In this document: piece by piece, positions 26,985-35,569 of the stretch | Layout: each line of letters opens with the position of its first letter | Numbering within the stretch: the first letter of the stretch is position 1 | Source: a virus | Lineage: Duplodnaviria; Caudoviricetes | Length of the DNA stretch: 62,008 bases | IMG/VR virus record: IMGVR_UViG_3300023184_000001 | Location: 1-62,008 of that record | Direction: 5' to 3' (one strand) | Program-made: the position numbers and the translations under genes | Notes under the pieces: generated by a model | Told to the model about the DNA's origin: nothing | Databases searched by the model: none | The model's input: the letters and a program-made list of their open reading frames with translations, nothing else

Positions 26985-27915
26985 CATTAAGAATTGTGGC
27001 CCGCGACACCGATTTTCTGCCAACGGAAAATTAGCGCATAACTCAGATAACGTAAACCTGCAGAACCTGCCACGCAAATCCCCGCTGAAGTATTCCATCA
27101 TTGCCCCCGATGGGTATGTTGTGTTGGACTCAGACTCATCCCAGATCGAAGCCCGTACGCTGGCATGGCTAGCTGGGCAGAATGACTTGGTTGAAGCATT
27201 CGATAAGGGCGAGGATGTGTACTGCATCATGGCGTCAGCCATCTACGGACGCCAGATTACCAAGGCTGACGAGCGTGAACGCTTTGTAGGTAAAACGACG
27301 ATTTTGGGTAGCGGCTACGCCATGGGTGCACCGAAGTTCAAGCTGCAACTGAAAAACTTTGGCGTTGACGTTGAGCTAGACGAGGCCAAGCGAATCATTG
27401 CTACCTACCGGGCTACCTACCCTAACATTGTTAGGCTGTGGGCAGAAGCTGGTGACATGCTCAGGGCCATGCTACGGAACGCACAAACAACACTGGGGCG
27501 TAACGGGCTGCTGGAAGTCGATGGAGCCAACGGCATCAAGCTACCCAATGGGCTATACCTGCGCTACCCAAACTTGCGCCTACGCGAGGACGAGAAGACA
27601 GGCAAGGTCGAAGTTGTGTACGACACCAAGAAGGGCAAAACAGTTATTCCCAACCGCATATACGGTGGTAAGGTGATAGAGAACGTGTGTCAGGCGCTAG
27701 CCCGCATCGTCATAGGTGAGCAGATGCTCATGGTGGCGAAGAAGTATCGGGTAGTCATGACCGTGCACGATGCGATTGCTGTCGTAGCCCCTAAAGCCGA
27801 GGCTGAAACAGCCAAGGAGTACGTTGAGTTGTGTATGCGACTCAGACCCAAATGGGCGCTGGAACTACCCCTCAACTGTGAATCTGGATATGGAGATAGC
27901 TATGGCGACTGCTAG
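26965..27915 (+). CDS. polA: Split intein C-half (26 aa) fused to the DNA polymerase A palm/fingers domain (290 aa)
   Basis: GGAGG RBS; MLVPVYDIKNCGPRHRFSANGKLAHN|S then DNVNLQNLPR; motif A DSSQIEAR, motif B RFVGKTTILGSGY, motif C VHDA. Confidence 0.92.
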   Translation: MLVPVYDIKNCGPRHRFSANGKLAHNSDNVNLQNLPRKSPLKYSIIAPDGYVVLDSDSSQIEARTLAWLAGQNDLVEAFDKGEDVYCIMASAIYGRQITKADERERFVGKTTILGSGYAMGAPKFKLQLKNFGVDVELDEAKRIIATYRATYPNIVRLWAEAGDMLRAMLRNAQTTLGRNGLLEVDGANGIKLPNGLYLRYPNLRLREDEKTGKVEVVYDTKKGKTVIPNRIYGGKVIENVCQALARIVIGEQMLMVAKKYRVVMTVHDAIAVVAPKAEAETAKEYVELCMRLRPKWALELPLNCESGYGDSYGDC

Positions 27916-28228
27916 AAGACCATTTCATGTACGGCAAATTGAATTTGACAGGTGGAATACAGAAAATCCAATGGTGTGGAAATACTTTGAGAAGTATTCA
28001 TTCGAAGCCGTACACCACGGCAGGGAAAAAATTAGCCATTGGTTAATCATCAACCGCATACGTTGGGAAGTCTATATAGTTACCACTGGCAAAGACTTTA
28101 AGATCAGCAACGACCTTATTGCTTTCTACGCTCGATTCTGGCGTAAAACATATCCACAGCACAAACACCTGTTCAACATCAAGCGCATGTCTGGTGAAAT
28201 TTGGGAGCAAGAATCCGATGAACCCTAA
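27902..28228 (+). CDS. Hypothetical phage protein
   Basis: GGAG RBS; NP.VW..F...IINRIRWE....FKISND..AFYAR. Confidence 0.65.
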   Translation: MATARRPFHVRQIEFDRWNTENPMVWKYFEKYSFEAVHHGREKISHWLIINRIRWEVYIVTTGKDFKISNDLIAFYARFWRKTYPQHKHLFNIKRMSGEIWEQESDEP

Positions 28229-28892
28229 ACCAATCGTCTGGTCATTCAGTTCGCTGAAGACCTTTCAGCAGTGCCCACGCAAGTACTACCACGCTAAGGT
28301 TGCCCCGGACGCTGTACGTGACCCGGACACAACGGCTACGCTGTACGGTAAGGCTGCACACACTGTAGCCGAGGACTACATCAGCAAGGGCACACCGGTA
28401 CCGCCGCAGTTTGAGTACATGCAAGAGGTGCTGGATATCCTTAAAGCAATCCCCGGCGAGAAGCTAGTCGAGGTGAAGCTGGGCCTAACCAAAGACTTGA
28501 AGGCGTGTGACTTCAGCGCACCTGATGTGTGGTGGCACGGCATTGCCGACTTGGTGGTTATCAATCGAACGACAGGGGTAGCCCACTCCGTGGACTACAA
28601 GACAAGTAAGAACGCAAGATACGCAGACAAAAAGCAGCTTGACCTTGTAGCCTGTGGCCTGTTTGCCAAGTTCCCGGAGATCAAGAAGGTCAAGTCTGCC
28701 TTGATTTTTGTAGTGTCCAAAGAGTTCGTCAAGGCTGAGCAGCTAGTTGAGTTCAAGGACACCTACATGGACAAGTCAGCAGTTGATGTTGCGCGTATTG
28801 AAGCAGCAATAAAGAGCGGGGTGTGGAACCCCGTTAGTGGGCCGCTGTGCAAATTCTGCGCGGTGAAAGACTGCGAGTACAACAGGAGCTAA
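28218..28892 (+). CDS. PD-(D/E)XK exonuclease (RecB/Cas4-like)
   Basis: WSFSSLK.FQQCP, GIADL..VDYKT, C-terminal CKFC...C. Confidence 0.85.
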   Translation: MNPKPIVWSFSSLKTFQQCPRKYYHAKVAPDAVRDPDTTATLYGKAAHTVAEDYISKGTPVPPQFEYMQEVLDILKAIPGEKLVEVKLGLTKDLKACDFSAPDVWWHGIADLVVINRTTGVAHSVDYKTSKNARYADKKQLDLVACGLFAKFPEIKKVKSALIFVVSKEFVKAEQLVEFKDTYMDKSAVDVARIEAAIKSGVWNPVSGPLCKFCAVKDCEYNRS

Positions 28893-28894
28893 AC

Positions 28895-29152
28895 ATGAAT
28901 CAGATGACCAACCAAGAAACTGATACCGCTCTCATCCTTGAGGGTGAGCTAAAGCGCCGAGTGAAAGAAGTTGTCGAACGTGTAGTAGTGAACATGGTGG
29001 GTAAGATCATCCACGAGGAACTGAACAAGTACAAATCTGAAATGATGCTAGAGGTTGCCTTAACAGTCGGTAAGATGCTGCGGGTGGTTGAGCAGGAGGG
29101 CCGCAAGCCGCTATGGGAAAATGATGCAGTATCAGCAATCACAAAGGACTAA
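28895..29152 (+). CDS. Hypothetical protein
   Basis: AGGAG RBS, helical 85 aa. Confidence 0.6.
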   Translation: MNQMTNQETDTALILEGELKRRVKEVVERVVVNMVGKIIHEELNKYKSEMMLEVALTVGKMLRVVEQEGRKPLWENDAVSAITKD

Positions 29153-29154
29153 TC

Positions 29155-29433
29155 ATGCCTTACGTAAACAAACCCCGCCCGTACAAAAAAGAGTACGCCC
29201 AGCAAGTTGAGCGAGGCGAAGCCCCTACCCGTGCGGTGCGACAGAAAGCCCGTGACGAGATGGATGCTAAGGGTATCGACCGTACCGGCAAAGACATTGA
29301 CCACTCAACCCCCCTGAGCAAAGGCGGCACCAATGCACCGAGCAACTTGAAGCTCAAGTCGCCGAGTGCCAACCGTTCTTTTACCCGCAACTCCGACCAC
29401 ACAGTCAAGGTCAACAAACCAAAGAAAAAATGA
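29155..29433 (+). CDS. Small HNH endonuclease
   Basis: GKDIDHSTPLSKGGTN..NL....SANRS. Confidence 0.8.
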   Translation: MPYVNKPRPYKKEYAQQVERGEAPTRAVRQKARDEMDAKGIDRTGKDIDHSTPLSKGGTNAPSNLKLKSPSANRSFTRNSDHTVKVNKPKKK

Positions 29434-30809
29434 ATTTATCAGAATATGGGTGGCCCCGACCACATGGGTTTGAGCCATTCGACCATCAAAAGGTCACATC
29501 AGAATTTTTGATTTCCAACCGCAAGGCGTTCTGCTTCAACGAGCAAGGCACCGGCAAGACTGCATCAGTGATCTGGGCAGTCGATTACTTGATGAGCATC
29601 AGGGCGGTGAAGCGTGTGTTAGTGGTATGCCCTTTGTCCATCATGAAGGCCGCTTGGCAGGCTGACTTGTTCAAGTTTGCAATTCATCGAACTGTTGCTA
29701 TTGCTTACGGTAGCGCAGCCAAGCGAAAGGAGATCGTCAAAAGCGGTGCCGAGTTCGTTGTAATAAATTACGATGGGGTTGCGGTTGTCAAGGAGGAACT
29801 ACTTGCTGGTGGGTTCGACTTGATCGTAGTCGATGAGGCGTCAGCGTACAAGAACGCGCAGACAGACAGGTGGAAGGCACTGCGAGACCTCAACAAGGTG
29901 ATCAAGGGCCTGTGGATGCTTACTGGTACGCCAGCAGCGCAGTCTCCCGCCGATGCTTACGGGCTGGCAAAGCTCGTCAACCCCACTTCAGTGTCGCCGT
30001 TCTTTGGGCAGTTCAAGGATACGGTAATGAACAAAGTGAGCTTGTATCGGTGGGTGCCCAAACCTAGCGCACAGGCTACTGTGCACAAGATACTTCAGCC
30101 AGCAATTCGGTTTGAGAAAGCCCAGTGCCTTGATCTGCCACCAATTACTTTCGTAGACCGTGACGCACCACTTACCCCGCAGCAACAAAAGTTTTATGGC
30201 ATCCTGAAAAAGCAGATGCTCATCGAGGCCGCAGGGGAGGAGATTACCGCAGTCAACGCCGCCGTGCAGGTGAGCAAGCTGCTGCAGATTTCATGCGGGT
30301 CGGTGTACACAGACAACCGCGAGGTGATTGAGTTTGATGTTAGCAACCGGCTAAACGTGGTGCAGGAGATCATCGACGAGTCAAGCCACAAGGTGCTTGT
30401 GTTCGTTCCGTTTACACATACCATCGACCTGTTAAAGAAGCACCTCGAAAAGCAACACATCACGTGCGCGGTCATCAACGGTGCTGTCAGCCTCAACCAA
30501 CGTAGTGACATCGTTAAGAGCTTCCAAGAGCAGCCGACCATCAAGGTGCTCATCATCCAGCCACAAGCCGCAGCGCACGGGTTAACCCTAACCGCCGCCG
30601 ACACTATCATCTGGTACGCTCCCTGCACCAGCGTAGAGACATACCTGCAAGCCAATGCACGCATTGACCGCCCCGGCCAGAAAAACAACATGACCATCGT
30701 GCACATATCAGGGAGTCCGGTAGAAGCCAAGGTCTACTCCCTCCTGCGCAACAACATAGGCAACCACCAAAAAATCATTGATCTGTACCATCAAGAAATT
30801 TCTTTATAA
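29430..30809 (+). CDS. SNF2-family helicase
   Basis: EQGTGKT, VVDEA, LTGTP, GLTLT, QANARIDRPGQ motifs. Confidence 0.9.
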   Translation: MNLSEYGWPRPHGFEPFDHQKVTSEFLISNRKAFCFNEQGTGKTASVIWAVDYLMSIRAVKRVLVVCPLSIMKAAWQADLFKFAIHRTVAIAYGSAAKRKEIVKSGAEFVVINYDGVAVVKEELLAGGFDLIVVDEASAYKNAQTDRWKALRDLNKVIKGLWMLTGTPAAQSPADAYGLAKLVNPTSVSPFFGQFKDTVMNKVSLYRWVPKPSAQATVHKILQPAIRFEKAQCLDLPPITFVDRDAPLTPQQQKFYGILKKQMLIEAAGEEITAVNAAVQVSKLLQISCGSVYTDNREVIEFDVSNRLNVVQEIIDESSHKVLVFVPFTHTIDLLKKHLEKQHITCAVINGAVSLNQRSDIVKSFQEQPTIKVLIIQPQAAAHGLTLTAADTIIWYAPCTSVETYLQANARIDRPGQKNNMTIVHISGSPVEAKVYSLLRNNIGNHQKIIDLYHQEISL

Positions 30810-30814
30810 ATCGT

Positions 30815-30842
30815 TTGACAATGTACAATCTTGTGTTATAGT
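30815..30842 (+). promoter_or_regulatory. Sigma70-like promoter TTGACA-16-TATAGT
   Basis: Intergenic, perfect -35. Confidence 0.6.
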
Positions 30843-30893
30843 CAGTTCCGTAGGCAGGTAGCCTACATTCCCACCAACCATTAGGAGTATTAG

Positions 30894-31313
30894 ATGACTG
30901 AAGAAATTTCAGAGGATAAGAGCCCCCCAAACTTGGCCGCGCTAGCTAACGTCTACCTCAAGATTCGTGACGCTCGGGCTGTGCTAAAAACGGAGTTCGC
31001 TACGAATGACTCTGTTCTGCAAGAGCAGATGGACCTGCTGGAAACCAACATGCTTGACGCATGTAAAGAGTTGAACGCAAGTAGCATCAAGACCCCATAC
31101 GGCACAATCATTCGCTCAATTAAGTCACGGTATTGGACGAACGATTGGGATTCGATGTACACCTTTATTAGAGAGCAAGGTGCATTTGGCCTGTTAGAGA
31201 AACGACTTCATCAAACAAACATGAAGGAATTTCTTGTTGAGAATCCTGACCTTCTGCCTATGGGTCTGAATGTCGAGAGTGAGTACACCGTGGTAGTCCG
31301 TAAAGCAAAATGA
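30894..31313 (+). CDS. Conserved phage replication-module protein
   Basis: Coiled coil, then S.KT..GT......DWD..Y.FI......LLEKR. Confidence 0.65.
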   Translation: MTEEISEDKSPPNLAALANVYLKIRDARAVLKTEFATNDSVLQEQMDLLETNMLDACKELNASSIKTPYGTIIRSIKSRYWTNDWDSMYTFIREQGAFGLLEKRLHQTNMKEFLVENPDLLPMGLNVESEYTVVVRKAK

Positions 31314-31332
31314 AATTAACGAAAGAAACCAA

Positions 31333-32238
31333 ATGAGCAACATTACAGTTATCGACCAAGACCTCCCCGACTTCCTGCAATCCAGCGGGGTCAGCGAGCT
31401 TACCAAGTCCCTTATGGGCAACACGGGCATCAAGCGTATCGTGCCCAAGAACGGCATCTTCCGCAAGGAAGTCGGCGGCAAGGAGATGGGCAAAATCAAG
31501 GGTGACCTGAACGTCATCATTGTCAACTCGTCCCCCAAAGTTGGGCGCGTCTTTTACACATCGCAGTGGACTCCTGATGCTAAGCCGGTATCCCCCGATT
31601 GTTTCTCCAACGATGGCAACGTCCCCGACGTTGGGTCTGAGAATAGGCAAGCTGACCGCTGCGACTCCTGCCCTCAGAACATCAAGGGCTCAGGCCAAGG
31701 CAACTCTAAGGCTTGCCGCTACACCCGCCGCATTGCCGTGCTGCTTGAAGACGACTTTGACACCGCGCTTGAGGGCTCGGTCTATCAGATGAACTTGGCA
31801 TCCAAGTCTTTGTTTGGTGACAGCCCAACCCCCACTGCTCATATGTTTGAGGGCTATGTCAAGTATCTGGGCAACAACGGCAAGAGCCTTGACTGGTACA
31901 TCACCAAGCTGAGCTTCAACGAAAACAACGACAACCAGTCGATCCTGTTTTCTGCTGTGGAGCACATCAAGCGCCACCAATACGATGTGATTACCAAGGT
32001 TGGCGACACCCCCGAGGTGCACAAGATGATTACCATGACTTCGTTTCAAGCGCGGACAGACGGGTTTGCTAAGTTGGGAGCACCAAAGCCTGTAGCGCCA
32101 GCCCCTAAGGTTGCGAAAGTGGAAACCGAGGAGGTCGCCGAGCCCACCAAACGCGAAAGCAAAAAGGTTGAGCCCCCCACGCCTACGGCCAAGCGTGACT
32201 TGGGTTCTGTGCTCGCCGCATGGAGCGACGAGGAGTAA
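31333..32238 (+). CDS. Putative single-stranded DNA-binding/annealing protein
   Basis: PDCFSNDG..P...C.SCP.NI.GS...KAC; acidic WSDEE C-terminus. Confidence 0.6.
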   Translation: MSNITVIDQDLPDFLQSSGVSELTKSLMGNTGIKRIVPKNGIFRKEVGGKEMGKIKGDLNVIIVNSSPKVGRVFYTSQWTPDAKPVSPDCFSNDGNVPDVGSENRQADRCDSCPQNIKGSGQGNSKACRYTRRIAVLLEDDFDTALEGSVYQMNLASKSLFGDSPTPTAHMFEGYVKYLGNNGKSLDWYITKLSFNENNDNQSILFSAVEHIKRHQYDVITKVGDTPEVHKMITMTSFQARTDGFAKLGAPKPVAPAPKVAKVETEEVAEPTKRESKKVEPPTPTAKRDLGSVLAAWSDEE

Positions 32239-32241
32239 GCT

Positions 32242-32490
32242 ATGAGCTACGGATACAGCCAGCGGCTAGTTGACGCAAACACCAATGCAGACGATGGCTC
32301 GATTGGCGTGTATCTGGGCAGTCGTTGCATCGCACTTGGTATATCTGTCAAAGACGTAGCGAATAGGCTTGGCGTAAGTCGGGCCACCGTCTACAACTGG
32401 TTCTGGGGGTCAGTGACCCCCAGCGCTAGTCACTCTGACAAAATTAACAAGTACCTGCACGCACTCAAAAACCGCAAACACCATGCCTGA
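32242..32490 (+). CDS. XRE/Cro-like HTH regulator
   Basis: ISVKDVANRLGVSRATVYNWFWG. Confidence 0.8.
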   Translation: MSYGYSQRLVDANTNADDGSIGVYLGSRCIALGISVKDVANRLGVSRATVYNWFWGSVTPSASHSDKINKYLHALKNRKHHA

Positions 32491-35329
32491 CTTTGACCTA
32501 CTTGACGCTGTACTGCCTACAGAAGGGCGGTACTGCGTGATGGGGATTGGACGGTACCCAGATCAGAAGTTTGTAGATACTAGGGAAGAGCTTAACGCGA
32601 TAGCCGAGCGGTTTGTAGCCAACGGTGTAGATACGTATTTTGGTTGCGCCAAGTACGGCCCCCTGAACAATCGCACGCACGCCAACGCCACGTACTTTCG
32701 TGCGCTATGGATGGACATTGACTGCGGCCCCACGAAGGCAGCACCAGATGAGAAGGGCGTTATCAAGGGCTACATAGACCAAGCAACAGGGCTTAGCGAG
32801 TTCCAGAAGTTTTGTGTAGCTGTTAGCCTACCTCGACCCATCTTGGTGAGTTCTGGCTACGGGATTCATGCCTACTGGCTGCTTGCTGAGACAGTCTCCC
32901 GCGCAGAGTGGGAGCCACTCGCCGAACGACTCCGAGAGCTTTGCACAGAGCAAGGCTTCATAGTGGACCCATCGGTGTTTGAGGCATCGCGCATCCTCCG
33001 CATACCCGGTACTTTTAACTTCAAGCAGTCCGACCCCCAACCCGTCACTGTGCTTAACGAGCGCAGTGCCCGCATACCTTATGCAAAACTAAAAGAACTA
33101 TTAGGAGCAGCAGAACCCAAGGAAGAGAAGCCTGACTTTATCCCCCGCGCCATGAGCCCAATGATGGAAGCGTTGCTGGGCAACAAGATCAAGCGGTTTA
33201 AGACCATCATGCTGAAGTCAGCAAACGGAGTCGGCTGTGCACAGTTGCTCCATTGCTTTGAGAACCAAGCAGATATAGACGAGCCGTTGTGGAGGTCGGC
33301 GTTATCCATCGCCGCATTTTGCATCGACAAGGACAAGGCAGCACACAAGCTATCGAGTAACCATCCGGGCTACGACCCTGACGAGGTAGAGCGCAAGGTA
33401 GAGCAGATCGTGAAGCACGGGGGTCCACACCGCTGCACCACGTTTGAAAAGTTAAACCCATCAGGGTGCACCGACTGTCAGCACAAGGGGAAGATCAAGT
33501 CCCCCATCGTGCTTGGTGTCGAGATAGAGGAGGCTAATGACGCCGACAACGAAGTGACCGTAGAGACCAAGGAGGGGGTGGAGACTGTAACCATACCTGA
33601 GTACCCATTCCCATTTTTTCGGGGTAAGAACGGTGGTGTCTACAGGAAGCCGATGGAGGATGAAGCAGACCCTGAGATGGTCTATGAGCACGACTTGTAC
33701 GTAGTAAAACGCATGAGAGACCCCGGGGTAGGAGAAGTCATTTTGTTTCGCCTGCACCTACCGCATGACGGCGTTAGAGAGTTTGCGATATCGACAGCAG
33801 CTATATCGTCCAAGGATGAGTTGCGTAAGGCACTAGCCCAACAAGGTGTAGTGGCACACCACAAGCAGTATGAACACTTGGCCGTGTACGTGGTCACGTT
33901 CATCAAGAACCTACAGTATTCAAAGAAAGCAGACATTATGAGAACACAATTCGGATGGGTAGAGGGTGACAGCAAGTTCATCATGGGTGACCGAGAGATC
34001 ACTAAGGACGGGGTGTTCTACAGCCCGCCGACAACAGCTACAGAATTCTTTGCGGAGAAAATTCATCCTAAGGGCACCTTCGACAAGTGGAAAGAAGTGT
34101 TTAACCTATACGCTCGGCCCGGTATGGAGCCCCATGCGTTTGCAGCGCTTACAGCATTTGGCTCACCACTCATGCCGTTCACTGGTTTGGATGGGGCAAT
34201 CATCAACGTGATCTACGAAGAGGCTGGCTCTGGTAAGTCCACCATCTTGCGTATGTGCAATAGCGTCTACGGCCAACCCAAGGAGTTGATGGCGATTGAG
34301 AAGGACACGCTCAACGCAAAGATGCAGCAGCTAGGGGTGATGAACAACCTACCCAACACCATCGACGAGATCACCAACATGCGCCCCCTAGACTTTTCGG
34401 ACTTGGCGTACGGCATCAGTCATGGTCGAGGTAAGAACCGTATGACGGGCTCAACCAACGCACTGCGCCTCAACAACACCTCATGGAAAAACATGACATT
34501 AGCGTCGGCCAACGCCAGCTTTCACGAGAAGCTGTCGATGCTCAAGAACACGCCCGATGGTGAGTCCGTGCGCTTGATGGAGTACAAGATCGAGCCCAAC
34601 AACGTGATTGGTGTGGCTGTGGGTAAGGAGATGTTTGACCATCAACTCAATGAGAACTACGGCCATGCAGGTGAGATATACATAAGCTGGCTGGTCAACA
34701 ACTTGGAGGAGGCCAAGGAGCTAGTCAAGAAGGTTCAGGCCCGCATTGACAAGGAAGTGCAGTTCACTAGCCGAGAGCGTTTCTGGTCGGCACAGGCAGC
34801 GTGCAACATTGCTGGCGGTTTGATCGCAAGAAACCTTGGCCTACACGACTACGATATGGCCGCTGTGTACGCATGGCTCAAGGGCATGTTGTCTGAGATG
34901 CGCCACGATGTTAAGCCCCCGGTGTCCAACCCAGCATCTGCGCTTGGCGAGTTCATCAACGCGCACATCCTCAATACGCTGGTGGTCAACGGAGAAGTAG
35001 ACGCCCGAAGTAACTTGGTTTCCATGCCAAGCCTAGAGCCACGGGGGGAGTTGCTAGTACGCTTTGAACCGGATACCAAGCACCTGTACGTTTCCGCCAA
35101 GAAGTTTAAGGACTTCTGCGTAGAGCGGCAGGTGAACTACAAGAGCCTGTTAGCCAACCTGACTAAGAACGAGGTGTTCATGGAAGCCACAAACAAGCGT
35201 ATGGCTAAAGGCATGAAGGTTGACTCCCCTGCAGTGCGCGTGCTCAAATTTAATACGTCTAAATCTGAGTTCTTGCAAGTAGACGTATTGCTGGCAAATG
35301 AAGATCGAGACAGTCTCGTATCAAATTAA
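32483..35329 (+). CDS. Primase-helicase (AEP/RepB-like primase plus DUF927 helicase)
   Basis: WMDID, SGYGIHAYW, RILRIPGT primase motifs; Cys cluster; GSGKST Walker A; IDE Walker B. Confidence 0.85.
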   Translation: MPDFDLLDAVLPTEGRYCVMGIGRYPDQKFVDTREELNAIAERFVANGVDTYFGCAKYGPLNNRTHANATYFRALWMDIDCGPTKAAPDEKGVIKGYIDQATGLSEFQKFCVAVSLPRPILVSSGYGIHAYWLLAETVSRAEWEPLAERLRELCTEQGFIVDPSVFEASRILRIPGTFNFKQSDPQPVTVLNERSARIPYAKLKELLGAAEPKEEKPDFIPRAMSPMMEALLGNKIKRFKTIMLKSANGVGCAQLLHCFENQADIDEPLWRSALSIAAFCIDKDKAAHKLSSNHPGYDPDEVERKVEQIVKHGGPHRCTTFEKLNPSGCTDCQHKGKIKSPIVLGVEIEEANDADNEVTVETKEGVETVTIPEYPFPFFRGKNGGVYRKPMEDEADPEMVYEHDLYVVKRMRDPGVGEVILFRLHLPHDGVREFAISTAAISSKDELRKALAQQGVVAHHKQYEHLAVYVVTFIKNLQYSKKADIMRTQFGWVEGDSKFIMGDREITKDGVFYSPPTTATEFFAEKIHPKGTFDKWKEVFNLYARPGMEPHAFAALTAFGSPLMPFTGLDGAIINVIYEEAGSGKSTILRMCNSVYGQPKELMAIEKDTLNAKMQQLGVMNNLPNTIDEITNMRPLDFSDLAYGISHGRGKNRMTGSTNALRLNNTSWKNMTLASANASFHEKLSMLKNTPDGESVRLMEYKIEPNNVIGVAVGKEMFDHQLNENYGHAGEIYISWLVNNLEEAKELVKKVQARIDKEVQFTSRERFWSAQAACNIAGGLIARNLGLHDYDMAAVYAWLKGMLSEMRHDVKPPVSNPASALGEFINAHILNTLVVNGEVDARSNLVSMPSLEPRGELLVRFEPDTKHLYVSAKKFKDFCVERQVNYKSLLANLTKNEVFMEATNKRMAKGMKVDSPAVRVLKFNTSKSEFLQVDVLLANEDRDSLVSN

Positions 35330-35492
35330 GTGGTCAAAGTTTCACAAAGGGTGTTCGTTCTTTGTGCCCTGCATTGACCACCGAGCAGCCAAGAAATCGG
35401 TACTGACTGTAGCTGAACGACTGAAGATGGATGTCGTCATCAAAGTAGTGATTGAAGATGGCATAAAGGGGTTGCGCATCTGGAGAGTTTGA
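35298..35492 (+). CDS. Small hypothetical DNA-binding-like protein
   Basis: W..F..G.SFFVPC...GLRIWRV. Confidence 0.65.
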   Translation: MKIETVSYQIKWSKFHKGCSFFVPCIDHRAAKKSVLTVAERLKMDVVIKVVIEDGIKGLRIWRV

Positions 35493-35542
35493 TGTACACT
35501 AGCTTCTTTGCTAGTGCCTCTCCTTGACGGTAACCCCGTCTT

Positions 35543-35569
35543 ACCCCCGGTCTTCACCGGGGGTTTTTT
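35543..35569. terminator. Terminator at the convergence of the two arms
   Basis: ACCCCCGGT-CTTC-ACCGGGGGT followed by a T run. Confidence 0.85.

Larger units (their letters stand above)
12139..27435. promoter_or_regulatory. Dispersed palindromic site (C)CTAACAWTGTTAG(G), 11 exact cores plus 1 variant
   Basis: 15-bp sites start at 12139, 12832, 12897, 13093, 13799, 14617 (central C), 16362, 17076, 18445, 19693, 24670, 27421. Confidence 0.85.

Noticed and set aside
26030-27042. Group I intron or pseudogenised polymerase as the explanation of the polA break
   Set aside because: Insert boundaries coincide exactly with intein Cys1 and His-Asn/Ser+1, the C-half has its own RBS and ATG, and all catalytic motifs are intact; not formally excluded without reads or RNA data
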